A stretch of DNA of 64,000 bases. Origin: Eledone cirrhosa (taxonomy: Eukaryota). Position 1 is the stretch's first letter, and each line of letters starts with the position of its first letter. A program made the translations under genes and the position numbers. The stretch covers positions 88,598,001 through 88,662,000 of the forward strand of contig OZ024742.1 of NCBI GenBank assembly GCA_964016885.1, given 5' to 3'. Positions 36,883 through 51,015 of the stretch are shown here, piece by piece. The notes under the pieces are model-generated. The model saw only the letters and a program-made list of their open reading frames with translations. It was not told where the DNA came from and did not search any database.

Positions 36883-36931
<49 letters not shown>

Positions 36932-36947
36932 CATGTATATATATATT

Positions 36948-37054
<107 letters not shown>

Positions 37055-37628
37055 ATTACCATATATACCTCACACATGCAAATATCTCCAACTGGTTCAT
37101 TGCGGTGATTGTCAGTGGCAACGTAGTTGTTGATGAAACCTTTGATTCTATAATTGATAGAAGCATTGCAGGTTATATAGACGTTTTCTTTCCACCAATT
37201 TTATACCACAAGTTTTAAATTTGTGTATATAATCATTTTTCATTTAGATTCTCCAGACGCATACGAATATTCAAATTCCAATTAACAAAATAGTGCTTAA
37301 TTCCGTGGAGATAAATATAAGAATACTAGGTTTTAAACAGTTTCGAGAATTTCTATAGTTACCTATAAGCATACAATATTGATAATGATGAATTTTGTAT
37401 ATTTTCCAACTGACTTAACCAGGTCATTTGAGAGTTAAGTGGTTGGAGTATCCCAAAAGATATCTTCATAAACGAAGTCAAGTTTAAAATAAAGTCTAAA
37501 CGGCTTTGTTTGAGTTATTGTCTAACCACACATCAACCCTGATCGATCGCATCTATGACAAAATGTGTCTCAGGCTTGATTATTCAAGCACAAACACTGA
37601 CATGCTTACACACAGGCGCACACGCACA

Positions 37629-37664
<36 letters not shown>

Positions 37665-38343
37665 CGCGCGTGTGTGCGTGTGTGTGTGTCTGTGCCTGTG
37701 TGTGTGTGTGCGTGTGTGTTTGTGTGTGTACCAATATCTGTAGATGTGAAAACGATAAAGGAAAACAGTGTTTAATCGGGAAGAGAGCAGAAATATATTA
37801 TTTATTTGTGTTAATACATTCAACAAAAGCACTACTCTAGGTTCCAAGGCCCAAATTTGACCATAATCCTAGAAAATAAGAGGTATCAAAATAGTGACCT
37901 TCAGGAACTAATACGAGTTTATAAGATACCGTTAAAAGTAAATTTGGCTAAGTTTATGAAAGATAAGGTCACAAATCAAAGAGAAATAATTCCAAGATGT
38001 AGATATGAATAATAATATCGACCACGTGTTTGTCTTCATATACTATAGTAGAAGGATTGTATTTCGTATGGAATGTAATATCTAGATGGTAATATTTATT
38101 AATGTATCAGGTAAAGTAATATAATAATAATCTAATATATGTATTGTATTATGTATGTCTCGAAATAGAAAGAGAAAGAAAGGTTATAACGGTAGTGTAT
38201 GAATCAAATTAAGGTGGGTGAAATTAAGTCGAATTTGTTGAAGCAGTTGGGTTTTGAGATGGCGCCATCTCCTAAACAATCTTATTTTCAATAAAATATC
38301 ACACGTTTATTAGTTGATTTTAGTATAATAATGTTTTTTTATA

Positions 38344-38546
38344 TAGGCACAAGGCCAGCAATTTGTAGGTAGGGGAAGTCTATTAAATCGACACCAGGCC
38401 TGACTGGTAGTTTATTTTAATGACACGCCATGGATGAAAGGCAAAGTTAACCTCGGAGGGATTTGAAGTAAAGTCATAATGGGCCGTAATTCTATGCTGC
38501 AAAGCATGGCGTCCGACCCTCTACCGGTACTACCAACCCACCGCCC
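38344..38546 (-). mobile_element. tRNA-derived SINE, same family as 56725-56935
   Basis: GGCACAAGGCCAGCAATTTG..GGATGAAAGGCAAAGTTAACCTCGG..GCATGGCGTCCGACCCTCTACCG..CCACCGCCC. Confidence 0.8.
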
Positions 38547-41500
38547 TTAATGTGTCTGTTATAATAAAACGTGCAGATTACAGATTGAAGCAATAATTTG
38601 TAACTACATAATTCAAATTATTTTATTAAAAAAGGTATTAGAACTCATTATTTGTGTATCTGGTTATAATTCCCCTTATCTCTGATGAGTTTTATTAGCT
38701 TGTCTCCGTTAAAATGTTTAAACAAAACGAGGAATGATTACATTCATACTCTCACATTATTTTATATTTACATGAGATCTATGACCTGAAGTATGTTATA
38801 TAATTGCATTTAAGCAGACATTTCATAGATCGCGTTCACCTCCAGTGTTTATGTAAAAGATAAGGAAAATCAGTCTCTTATGATGAAGGATTGTTATAAA
38901 TGTGTTGCATGCTGTGATTACCCGTTAGAACCCAGAATCTAATCCTTAGAGAAAACAAAATGTATGCCAACTTATCAAGATTATAATTTAATTCATCGTT
39001 TATAACAGCCGAAGGCAGTTAGCCAGACATTCTTTCTTTAAATATGTTTCGTTAAACAATGTCTTCTTGCAAATGTCTGGTTTTCTTATTATTTCATTCA
39101 GGATTAGAATTGCATTCAAATTGTGCATGCTTTAATCTCAACAACAGAAAACATGTGCTTAATTATCTCTAAAATATATATTATAAGTTGCTTTCCCGCC
39201 TCATGTGGTCTATGGGTAATATAACACTTAAATCCCAACGTGGATTTTCTGAAATTGCATTACATTTAAAAAGGAAAATATGAAATGGAGGGAGTAAAAG
39301 TCTGCATTTCAAATGTGAACAAATAGAACAGAGGATGAGCATATATATAGGTAACGAAAACCTGATTTTAGTAGTGATAAAATGTTTTAAAGTCAATCAA
39401 AATCAAAAAGTGGTATCTTTCATAATATTTGTTGAACGCAAATATATAATAAACGGAGGAGTTTTTCAGAACATTGACTGCTGATTTCAAATGTATAGAA
39501 GCATATCTAATTGAAATGAAAGATAAATTGTCATTAATTCTAAAGAAACATAATATCAATGACTTAAAACAAAATAAATTTATATTTTTGGACACCAGTT
39601 TTCATAGCCTTAGTGAATGGCAATTTAATGTGAAGTAATATGCAATATGATCAGATTTGTTATATAATCAGGCAATTCAAAGTTATGGATTGATAGATTT
39701 CAAATAAATCAAGACGTCTCTCACATCGTTAGTTTTCTATCTCGGTATTTTACAATCTGATACCAATGCCTACAATGTGCCTGTGCCCAAGAGAAATTAG
39801 TCGTAGCATTTATTTCAGGGCTTGCGAAGAAGAAAGTTAATCGTACATCTCAGCTGGTGGTTGTACATAAATAACCTCTTGCCTATTCTGCTAGTAATTG
39901 TGTTTACATGGAAAACTATTCGACTCATGAAAGTACTTATGTGAGACCCTACATTATAGAAAAACGTCAACAGTTTGTTATTAAACGATGGCGAGAGATC
40001 GATGAATTTCATTTTACTGGGCCAGAGATAATTATAACCAAACACTTAGCTGAATCGACCTGGAAAATGTATGAGCAAACAGCTCAGTTTCTACAAACAG
40101 CAACAAATTCACATTACGAAGAGAAATACTACCTAGTGTATACCACCACTCAAAACGATTATAACTAGCGCGGGAAAAGGTTCCTAAAACGTACACAATG
40201 ACAGTACGTTTCATGAATTACTGAAAGTAAGAAATATAAAAGTAATTCCTGTTACATTCACCTCTATGAGAAAATATCTTTGTTTCGTTTCATATATCTA
40301 CTACTAAAACTCTATGATGTTGTGCTTGTCTATTATTTAATATAGCCAAAACGGTGCATAGTGTGAACATACATTGAAAGGAAGTTACCCCTGACATGGG
40401 AAAACAAATGGAATAAAACAACTTTCGCGTAAATCGGAGCACGATAGCCCGAGAAACGGGTTTTTTCCGGGTACCTTCATAAATAGAGAGACAGTTAGAA
40501 AGATAGAGAGAAAGATATAGTGCTTGTGAGGGGTAGATTGACAGGAGAAAACTAAGTAAAATTCTTAAAATACTGAAGGGTGTAATTTAAATGAAGATTG
40601 TATGAGGAATCACATCGTGTGGCAGGATAGAACATCTGAATGCAATAGTAACTTATCGGCGATTTCAAACACCAGGACAAATAAAGAAAAGACACTGCTT
40701 CTGAATCCATCAAGAAAAATAATCTTATGAGTAAATATGGTGACTTCAACTGATCGTCCTGTATCAGCAATGTAATAGTTCCAAATAGAGCAACTTATGT
40801 TTGATGGTAAAATTTCATATTAGAAACGCCAGCACGAAAGTAATAAACAGAACGATAGAAATGATATCGACTTGCAGATCAATTCTCATGGATAAGAATA
40901 TTTATGATGACGACATTCAACTTGTCATTCGCTTCAGCAATTTCCTATACTGAGAATGGTTAGACGGATACTAGCATAAACATATCGTAATATTGAGTAA
41001 TAAATATATGTATCGACGCTCTTCTAAAACCTTGAATATATGTTCATGTTTCTCAGAAAAGTAACCAAAGATAAATTACGTAAGGGATATATGAATTATC
41101 CATGTGTATTTATAAATGCACAACACACACAACCATACCCATGCATGTGCATACGCACACACACGTACACATTCACACATGCGTGATTGGCCTTCATAAA
41201 GAACAGATTAATCTCTTCTGTGGTATCCAGTATTCATTTGGGTTGGTTTAAAAAGCGGATATATCCATGCATACACGCGTAGATACATATACATTCAAAC
41301 ACATATGCATACATTACTTGCATATTCGTGTTAATAACCAAAGTTTTGAGTTCGTATGAATTGAACGATACAAATCTGAGAGAGATATCTTGTAAATACA
41401 TATGGTGTCTCTGTTTAAATCAGATATGGCTGGCAGGTAAAACCACCTTTGGTATATTTCTCACATCAACTGTTTAATCACTAAATTGATAAGAAAATGT

Positions 41501-42067
41501 ATTTCTAAGATGTATTGCGAATCTAATACCACCAGCAGTCACACACAAACACATACACAAACTCACAACGTTATATTGTGGTATATATATATATATATAT
41601 ATATATGAATACACATACAAGTAAATATATATACATGGGTTCCTATATATAGGTATATGTACACTTCTCTATGCATGTATATGTGCTAGCATGTATATGT
41701 GGCCAAATAATTACCGAATAACTAAGGATTTTACTTCATAGTAAGAGGCCTACTCTCATATCAGTGTATGGTATATGTGTCAAATGTCATTTAAGAGAGT
41801 CTCAGCCAACTGAATCCTTGTGAAGTAAATGCAGCGTAGGGAAAGTGGGTAGTAACACGTATATGGACTCTACCAAGGAATTCATGTGATTAATTGTATT
41901 ATGACTGAAACATCCTAAAATACTTGCTACTAATTTCATGAGCAAAATGTTCTAGTTATCAAAGCAGAGACAGAGTAATCATAACATTTAAATTTAAATA
42001 TGTATAAACACACACATGTGTGTGTGTGTGTATGTGTGTGTGTATTTAAACATGTGTTTGCTTATGC

Positions 42068-42127
<60 letters not shown>

Positions 42128-42754
42128 CTCTACATGCTCACACAATGACTTTCACACTTTCAAAGCAATATCCGTCCACCGAACACGTATCAAACAGACT
42201 TGGATAGAATAAGTGTAGATTCACATTGAATCAACAACGTACATGTACGTATTTCTATTTTGACATATACACGAAACGAATTCTTTCCAGATATATCGAA
42301 CATATCTCCATTGATGCATGAGAGTGAAAAGCAACTGGCAGTTTCAAGTGCCAAATTTTTAAACTTGAGGGACATCAGTTAGTGAAGCGTTCGACTGGAA
42401 TTTCTCTGGGTATCTGAAGTTTACAAGCATGAATATATGTGACATCTGATTGTACGGAAAGGGGATTATTTAACAATGGTTCTTATCATAAAAACGATCT
42501 TTATTTGCATTGATCGAAGTTTGCAATATATACATGGATGAATATATTAAATAAATACACACACACAAACAGACAAATATATATATATCCAAATGCATAC
42601 ATACGTAGGTGGTTTCGTATGTATGATACACACGAATTTGTGGACGTCTTTGTGCGTAGCGCATATATATATACATATATGTGTGTGTGTCTGTGCGCAA
42701 GTGTATGTGCACGTGTGTCTATATATGTATGTTTGTATGAAGGTGCGTGTCTGT

Positions 42755-42965
42755 GTAGTTGAGCTCACAATCGTAAGGTCGTGGGTTCGAATCTCGGACA
42801 GGTTGGTGCGTTGTGTTCTATAACAAAACACTGTACTTTGCAATGTTACATTTTACTCAGCTGTAGAAATGAGCTGCGATGTCATTGGTACAAAGCTGTA
42901 TCGGCTAGCGGCCATTGCCTCTCTCTTGGCCAACATTAGTCGGTGGCGTGCAGAGGGGGAGACTG
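42755..42965 (+). mobile_element. Second tRNA-derived SINE family
   Basis: tRNA-like head CTCACAATCGTAAGGTCGTGGGTTCGAATCTC (B box) followed by a non-tRNA body. Confidence 0.55.
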
Positions 42966-43768
42966 ACATTGCATATATGTATATATATATATATGCTGAT
43001 GTATATATATATTTATATATATATAAATGGAAAAAATGAAATTTCCTTTCTCACTCTTAGCACGTCTGATACTTAGATATAAGTATATATACGTACATAC
43101 ATATATGTATACAGACATACAGTAGTATGTATATACATACTTACATGCACACATATATATATGTACGTATGGGTTTACCGAACATTTATTATAATGCTCG
43201 GTTTGTTTGTAAACAAACAGCCCGAATTATATAAGTATCAGCCGTACTAAGATTGAGAAATGAAATTTCATTTTTTCCATTTATCGTTTTCGGTACGCCC
43301 GGCCGACTAACTCACTCGATATGCAAATTAGGCTGCTCAGCCGTTAATATGCATAAGGAAAGTATATACTTTCAAACGTTCAATCAACTGACAGTAAGGT
43401 ATACGGTGTTGATGACAGCTAATAAGCTAAAAACTAGTTCATCGTTCCTTTGTGAGTGTTGAACATAAAGATGGGTGCCGAACACTGTACGCCTAATAAT
43501 TCGGGCTGTTTGTTTATATATATGTTGGTGCATGTATGTATATACATACTACTGTACGGCTGTATACATATATGTATGTACGTATACTTACTTATATTTA
43601 TATATATATATATATATAATTTGTATTCCAATGTTACTAAGTAGTTGCATTGGATGGAGTCAACTGACGTCAGAGATTGCTCAACGTATAATAAAGTGTG
43701 TTTTAAAATCCGGAGAAAATATGGAGAAAAAATTTACGAAATGGAAATGCGGGTATATAGAATTTATT

Positions 43769-43885
43769 AGGTAACAATTGTTTCTATAGTGTATGAGTTA
43801 CCTATACCTCGCTATTTGAATAATACACAAATATTATCAAAAACCGAAAGTACACTGTAAGCCAACACACCATGTCATCAGACCT
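43769..43885 (-). ncRNA. Hammerhead-like motif with a ~90-nt stem II (inverted pseudo-LTR copy)
   Basis: Reverse complement reads AGGT CTGATGA ..90 nt.. GAAACAATTGTT ACCT, with a palindromic stem III. Confidence 0.5.
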
Positions 43886-45955
43886 TTGTATTAGAATGAT
43901 ATGAAAATATTTTGTACACTAGATAAAAGATAAAGAAGGAGGTAGGAAGAGAAGGGGATATTAAATTATGGGGTAATACTCATCAGACAATAAGGTGGTT
44001 CAATAACATTAGGGACAAAAACAAATCTTCTTTTATTCAATTCGATATAGATGAATACTATTCCTCTATTTCACCTGAAACCCTGCATAAGGCCCTCTCT
44101 TTCGCTAAGACTAACTCGGACCTCACAAACGAGGAAATTAATATTATACTTGAAGCTAGACGCACAGTAGTGCACTTTGAAAATAGTTATTGGGTCCGCA
44201 GGGATAGACCCTCGGAATTCGACATTACGATGGGTTCTAACGATTCGGCGGAGGTCACGGATTTGGTTGGGATCTATATAGCCCATAGACTCCAGAGCGA
44301 ATTTACGGACCTCCACGGCGGAATATACCGCGACGATACACTTCTATTAGTCAAGAATATGAACAAACAAAACCTAGAAAGGCGACGTAAACACATTAGG
44401 AAACTTTTCTTAGAACTAGGGCTTAATATTACCTTTGAACACAATATTAAGGTGGTCAACTTCTTGGATGTCACCTTCAACATTAATAACGGTAATATAG
44501 AGCCATTTCACAAACTTAATGAAAATCTTAAGTACGTTAATGTAAAATCGAACCATCCTCATTCCATTATTAAATCTATCCCTAAAAATATATCCATAAG
44601 GATCTCCCGACTGTCGTCTAATTTGCAGACCTTCAACGAGCATGCTGAATATTATAATGACGCACTTAGAAAAGCTGGTTACTGCGAGAAAATTGAATAT
44701 CTAGACCATAACCACATAAGTACTATGAATAAAACACATCTAAGTCGAACTAGTATTGCACCACACACACACATCAATAGGCATACTAACAGGTGCAAAC
44801 CAGAAATAGAGTCAGACGTAGAGAGTACATATGGTATAACCCCGTGTACAATTCTTCAATTAGCACTAAGATTATCTCACAATTCTATACACTAATCAAT
44901 AAACACTTTACAACTTCACATAAATACTATAAAATCTTTAACTCTCATACTCCACTGCACCCAACATAGAACAACTAATTAGAAAACTCAACTCAGCAAT
45001 ACTGAATAAGTACATCCCTAATGACTCAGCGCACCAACATAGCAACATGCAACGCACTAACACGCAACTACAACTCCACCAAACTATCCAGGATTCTACT
45101 GCAAAACATAAAAAATAGTTGTAACTGCACCATACCAGGTACGTGCCCACTGAATAACCAGTGCCTAGCACGCAATATTGTCTACCGGTGTACAATAAAT
45201 TCCGGGACCAACAAATGGTATTACGTCGGATGTACCGCAACTTCTTTCAAGGCTCGCCTATACCAACATCGATCTTCGATCAGGCACGAGAAAATGCGCT
45301 CCGTAACAACCCTCGCCGATAAAGCCTGGCAGCTTCGGAGGAACAATCAAGCGTTCTCCCTTGATTGGCAAATTATTGCAGCTGCGCCTGCATATCAGTA
45401 AAATCATCGATTCTGCAAGTTATGCAATTTAGAGATATACTGCATTTTAAAGTCGGTAAACAAACTTTTGAACAGCAAAATTGAACGTTCTCTATACTGT
45501 AACCATCGTTTGAAAACGACTTTTTCTTTTTTTAAATGCATATAATGTTACCTTTTTACACCAACGTTTGCAAATTTCTGTCTTATATGTTTATACACTA
45601 GATATGGCTTTCTATAATAATAGTACTAAACACTGTTTTTCTGGACCCCTTTAGAAATAACCTGCTACTATAATAGCCCTAATAACTTGTCTGTGACATT
45701 GTACCACTTTGACCCCTCTAACTAAATTTTGTCCGAACAACACCACTAGAAGAATCTACTTCCCAGCCAACCTTAGCACGCCTCATTAAGCTAACTGCTG
45801 CCAAAACATTCTCTCTTCACAATCTCTACTAGTCTGACAGTCTTAAACCCTAAGACTCCCTCCACCTTACTCACTTCCCTCTACCCCTTCTCTTCCTACC
45901 TCTTTCTTTATATTTTATCTAGTGTACAAAATATTTTCATATCATTCTAATACAA

Positions 45956-46072
45956 AGGTCTGATGACATGGTGTGTTGGCTTACAGTGTACCTTCGGTTT
46001 TTGATAATATTTGTGTATTATTCAAATAGCGAGGTATAGGTAACTCATACACTATAGAAACAACTGTTACCT
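45956..46072 (+). ncRNA. Hammerhead-like motif with a ~90-nt stem II (3' pseudo-LTR)
   Basis: AGGT CTGATGA (45960) ... GAAAC AACT GTT ACCT (46057-46072); the intervening sequence is self-complementary. Confidence 0.5.
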
Positions 46073-46112
46073 AATAAATTCTATATACCCGCATTTCCAT
46101 TTCGTAAATTTT

Positions 46113-46155
<43 letters not shown>

Positions 46156-46156
<1 letters not shown>

Positions 46157-48992
46157 CGGCGATGAATTAGTTTTGCGAGGTTTTTTATATGAAATCGTGT
46201 GTCGAAACAAATATTGTTATACTTGGTGAGGGTCATATTTGTGTAATATTGCCAGAATTAATAACAGAACACACTCACTGTTTGGTTGGTTTTCGCTTCT
46301 CGCTTCTGTGTCTTTTATATCGGTAATCTAACTTACTCGGTCCTCAATGTTGCCATTGACTGACCGACGGTCAAAAATAATACAGATGCAATATAGACAC
46401 AAACACATATATATAGTTGATCATAAATATTTCGTTGCACTTCTGCAACATCGTCAGTGGTGCTATCTTTTCCTCCTATTGTATTGTATGTCTACGCCAT
46501 TTCTATTCAGTCTGTCTATATATTTATTTATTTATTTGCTTGTTTGTTTATTTTATTTTGTCTTCTTTGCGCATGCGTTTGCGTGTGTGTATAGTGTTTT
46601 GTTTGCTGTGTGATGGGTGACTAGTGTGTGTTTATGTGTTTGTTATTATTGTGCTTGTGTATGTATTTATTTATTTATTTATTTATTAATTTTTATTTTA
46701 TTGACTTATTTATACTTCTCTTAGGTCAGTGTTGTTTGTTTGGCTGTTGGTGTTATTCCATTCATTCTTTCTGTTTAGTCTTGGTCTTCAAATTTCTATT
46801 TCACTGGCCTCTCTTATTTGCCTATCTGCTGGGTCATTTCTATGTTTAGATATTATTCTATGTTACCGTCATGTTGTTGTCTAGCATGTTCGTATAGTAC
46901 TGACCCGTTTTTTCGTCCTTTTAATTCCCCCCAGTGTTGGTCTATCCTTTCACCTATGCTACGAGCTGTCTCACCTATGTATGTTGTTGTCATGTTTCTG
47001 CAAGTACGTTCTGTACATCTTATACTATAGAGTACGTTTGTAGTTTTACAGTTTATCCGGGGGTTTACCTTACATATGATACATTTCCTATTGGTACAGT
47101 GGGTTTTCTTAAAAGGGTAGGTTTTGCTGATCAGGGATTTTATGGTGGTTCCTGGTTTTTCTACCACCTTCATTTTTAAGTGGGTCTTTCTCAGGGCCTT
47201 TCTACACTGGTTAGCTAATTTCCCTCCAGGGCTAGCGTCCACAAACATGACACTCTGGTATCTCTGGTTGTCGTACCATGAGGTGGCTTTCCCTATCTTA
47301 TGTCTAGCCCTATCTAAGATTTTCCATGATTTGCTCCTGTATAATGGGCAAATTCCTTTCATGTCCAGTTCTATAAGGGTCTTATACTTTTCCATGGCTC
47401 CTTCGTATACTCTGACTCTGTCTCTTTGGTTGTAGCCAGAGAACTGCATGCGGTTGATGAAGTGTTGGATGTGTATTTACATTTCTGTTGGGTCGCACAT
47501 GCGGGACACATTTTTCATCACTCGTACCAAATCTGCGATCAGAATATTTAACTTAGCACTACTGGACATTGCTGAGTTTTTGAGTATCAGGTATTTGGAG
47601 GCCATGGGTTTAGCATAGTGTGAGTGGAGAATTTGGGCTCTCTCGTCTATAGTGTTAATCCAGAGTTCTGTGTCTAATACAGGTAGTCTATTGTTAGGGT
47701 GTTTGGAAGGGAAGTCGATAGTTACAGTTATACTCTGGTGTATGGAATTAGCTATCTGCTGGATGCTTTCCATCGCGCTACGTTCTAAATCAAACTTGTT
47801 AGTGCTCTCTAGTGGGGGTGTTCTTATAACTATATTGATATCGTCTACATAACGAGAGTACATGATGAGGTCTATGGAGCTCTCATTAAGGAGATCTTTA
47901 AGTCTCCTTTCCCACTATACCATGAAAAGTTTGGCAACATCACCAGCTATTCTGACGCCGATTGCTGCTCCTTCATTTTGGGTGTAGATCTTCTCGTTAA
48001 ACTTAAATATGTGGCCCTTTAGGGTATTTTGATACTAGCCCCTATTGCATGTGGGACCATTTTTCTTACCTGATCATTGTTTTGGGGTGTCCGTATAGCT
48101 TTGGTCCACCCAATCCACCTTCCCATGGGAGTCTTTTTAGCCATTGAGGATATGGTGGGGGGGTCTACCTCTTATAGGTCTACTATGGCAGAAACGTCTA
48201 AGGTCATGGCTGTCTAGGTAGTCAGTGTCGTAGGTAAGTCTAAGTAGGAGGCCCAGTTCGTTTGTGTCGACGTCGCAGAACTCCACCTCACTCTCAATGA
48301 TCATCTCCACACATCTTTTCACAGCAAAATCAATGTTAATGGATGGGTACGGTGACACCACATCCATGCTGCCTATTATGCAGTTGGATAGGTTCCTGTT
48401 TTTGTTGCAACTCACTGATTCTGCTGAGGAGGTCCTCTGTACTGTCACATAATTCTGGGGACATCTTGATTATGGGGCGTATAACCATTGAGAGGAAGAA
48501 GGAGATCCTGTAGTTACTAGCTATATTAGCTCCGTATACGGGTATTGTTGGTGGTCCTGTTGTCGGGTCGTCGACTGTCTTGTGGTTTTTGCGGAGCCCA
48601 TACAAGGGTGGTATGCCATGGTTAGACGCCTGGAAGTTGTTGGCAGTGCGTCTGCTTGGCTGTAGGATGTCAGTCCACATCATCATGTGAGCGTTGAGGA
48701 TTTTCTCTCTCCCATCGTGTGTTTGTTGTGCAATTTCACTCGTGTTGGTGATGTGGGGTTGCATAGCCTTGATGTAGTTCGGCATGTTATCTATTGACAT
48801 CCTACCAGACTTATCCGTATTGTATCTGTATTATTTTTGATCGTCGGTCAGTCAATGTCAACATTGAGGACCGAGTAAGTTAGATTACCGATATAAAAGA
48901 CACAGAAGCGAGAAGCGAAAACCAACCAAACAGTGAGTGTGTTCTGTTATTAATTCTGGCAATATTACACAAATATGACCCTCCCCAAGTAT

Positions 48993-49000
<8 letters not shown>
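46156..49000 (-). mobile_element. Decayed Naiad-like PLE related to 17121-23735, with inverted pseudo-LTR (46211-46393 vs 48818-49000)
   Basis: ORF fragments 48336-48800, 48137-48448, 47477-47863 and 46853-47449 align to the Naiad-like protein (LYGLRKNHK, YSRYVDD, PLYR, YIGETARS); 5'-truncated at TDKSG; (TA)n on both sides. Confidence 0.9.
46421..46460 (-). ncRNA. Minimal hammerhead ribozyme in the PLE 3' UTR
   Basis: Reverse complement reads CCA CTGACGA T GTTGCA GAAG TGCAAC GAAA TATTTA TGA; stem I degraded. Confidence 0.55.
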
Positions 49001-49032
<32 letters not shown>

Positions 49033-49035
<3 letters not shown>

Positions 49036-49610
49036 TTCAAAAGTGAATGACATTAATATAATAACATATCAAGCATTAAAACAGGAGATAATTTGCAAAG
49101 AATGTATGAACATATTACAAATGAGCAGTATATTGATATTGACATTTAACAAAAAATATTAAACGGAAATACCTGACATTAAATAACTATTTTTACTCTC
49201 TCGTACATTATTCCCTTAGGACTTCATAAATACCTTTCACCTTTTAATAGTGAAGTTCAATAGTCACTTAGAATCATCGGCGAGAGAAAATCTAGTTATC
49301 TACGTCATATCAATCCTTAGATTTGCTTTAGAGGTGTAAGTTCATTTAGTTCTATTTTCTCTCACCGATTATCCTAATTAACTATTGAACTTCGCCATTT
49401 CAAATATGAAACATATTTCTTTAGTCATAAGGAAATTATGTACGAAAGAGTAAGAATAGATATTTAATGTCACGTATTTCTGTTTAATATTTTTGTTAAA
49501 TTTCAATATACTGCTCATTTAAAATTATATGTTCTTACATTATTTGCAAATTATCTCCTGTTTCAATGTTTGATATGTTTTTTTATATATACGTCATTCG
49601 TTTTTGAATT
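49033..49610. repeat. Fold-back inverted repeat, ~270 bp diverged arms
   Basis: AAACAGGAGATAATTTGCAAA / TTTGCAAATTATCTCCTGTTT; GAAGTTCAATAGT / ACTATTGAACTTC. Confidence 0.8.
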
Positions 49611-50634
49611 TAAAATAAGAGTTCGAAATTATTTCTTTGAATTTTCTTTGAGCTTCCTTTGCAGGCGATATGACGTGTGTCTGTAATTTTCTCAGACACG
49701 ACATCTTTATTTATTTTTCATTTTAATAATATATATATATATCGTAATATAATAGCCAATGTGTATTTGTCCGTCACGCTAGGTGAGGATTCTCCTCTAT
49801 GTGATATGTATGAATATATATTGAAGGGAAACGTCGTTTAGTGGGAGAAAGACAGAACCTTTGTAACTAGTTGATACTACAATTAACCGTCATTTTTTAC
49901 GGCACGGGTCCAGTAAGTATATATATATATATACATATAGAAATTACAAGATAAACAATATGAATACAGCAAGAAAATCATAGAGTCTTATTGGATTCGC
50001 GCTTGTTGTGAAAGAAATATTAATAATTCAATATTTCGGATGTTAGACAAGCACCAGAAAAGAGGAATGATTGGAGAAGCAGGATGATGGAAGGCTGGGA
50101 ATATAGTGAGAGTAATATACTGTTTCGATTAAGTAAAATGCAAGGAGATACGAGAGAGGAAGGGATGGGAATAAAAGAAAAAGGGGTGGATGTTCGCTGA
50201 AGATTAGTGCAGTTCCAGAATTGTATGTAGTACTAAGAAATGTTTACTCGGGTTTTCGTGTTAATGGTGTAATTCTGATCAGTTAAGCAATTGATTATAT
50301 ACGCAACTCCCGGGGAGGGAGAGGTAGATATGAGTAATCTATGACAGATATCTCTATTTATATTCAATTTATACATAATAAATAATTTCTTCGGGTATAT
50401 ATAGGCAATCCTACAAACACATTCGCTGTCCAGACACAGACCCGTGCATAAATATATATATACATATATATTTACACATATGCATATATATATATATATA
50501 TATATATTAGAAAGTGAGGTTTTCTTTACAAAATGAAAAATAACAGAGGTGTCCTACACAAGTGAAAGTATAAAGAAAAAAAGATGAAATCGAAAATGCA
50601 ACGGGGTCTTATTTTTACAAAAATATGTATATAT

Positions 50635-50675
50635 TTATTACCGGTTTCGCAGTGCTTCTGCTTTTCAAAAGTAGA
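50635..50675 (-). ncRNA. Orphan U3-A8 variant hammerhead motif (probable pseudo-LTR remnant)
   Basis: Reverse complement reads TTGAAAA GCAG AAGCA CTGC GAAA CCG GTA; same core and ACCGGT stem III as 27277-27324; stem I not evident. Confidence 0.45.
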
Positions 50676-50717
50676 GTTGAGATGGAGGGTCTGTGGTTTT
50701 TCTCACATATATATATA

Positions 50718-51015
50718 TTAAAACAATGAAATAAAGAAATCAAGTCATTAGAGATATACTTCTCTGCTTTGCGATCGTTTCTAGATGGTGATAATACATT
50801 GTATCTATACTCAATTATTCATCTATGTAAGTTTACAAACTATCAGATAGAGAGAATATTTACATACATGCATATCACCAGCTCTATCTGATAGTTTGTA
50901 AACTTACATAGATCAATAACTGATTATAGATACAATGTATTATCACCATCTAGAAACGATCGCAAAGCAGTGAAGTATGTCTCTAATGACTTGATTTTTT
51001 TATTTCATTGTTTTA
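50718..51015. repeat. Fold-back inverted repeat, ~135 bp arms
   Basis: CTGCTTTGCGATCGTTTCTAGATGGTGATAATACATTGTATCTATA / TATAGATACAATGTATTATCACCATCTAGAAACGATCGCAAAGCAG. Confidence 0.88.

Larger units (their letters stand above)
43725..46116 (+). mobile_element. Decayed Nematis-like PLE with inverted pseudo-LTR (43725-43957 vs 45884-46116)
   Basis: FIQFDIDEYYSSI, FDITMGS..EVTDLVG, GIYRDD, VNFLDVTF, SNHP, WYNP, CNC..CPL..CL..IVYRC..YVG..FKARLYQH; ~233 bp inverted repeat. Confidence 0.88.

Noticed and set aside
42760-42800. tRNA gene
   Set aside because: Only a B-box/T-arm-like head followed by SINE body; no full cloverleaf
43080-43600. Imperfect inverted repeat (AAACAAACAGCCCGAATTAT / ATAATTCGGGCTGTTTGTTT with flanking TA/CA-rich arms)
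   Set aside because: Real but mostly low-complexity arms; cannot assign a family or function
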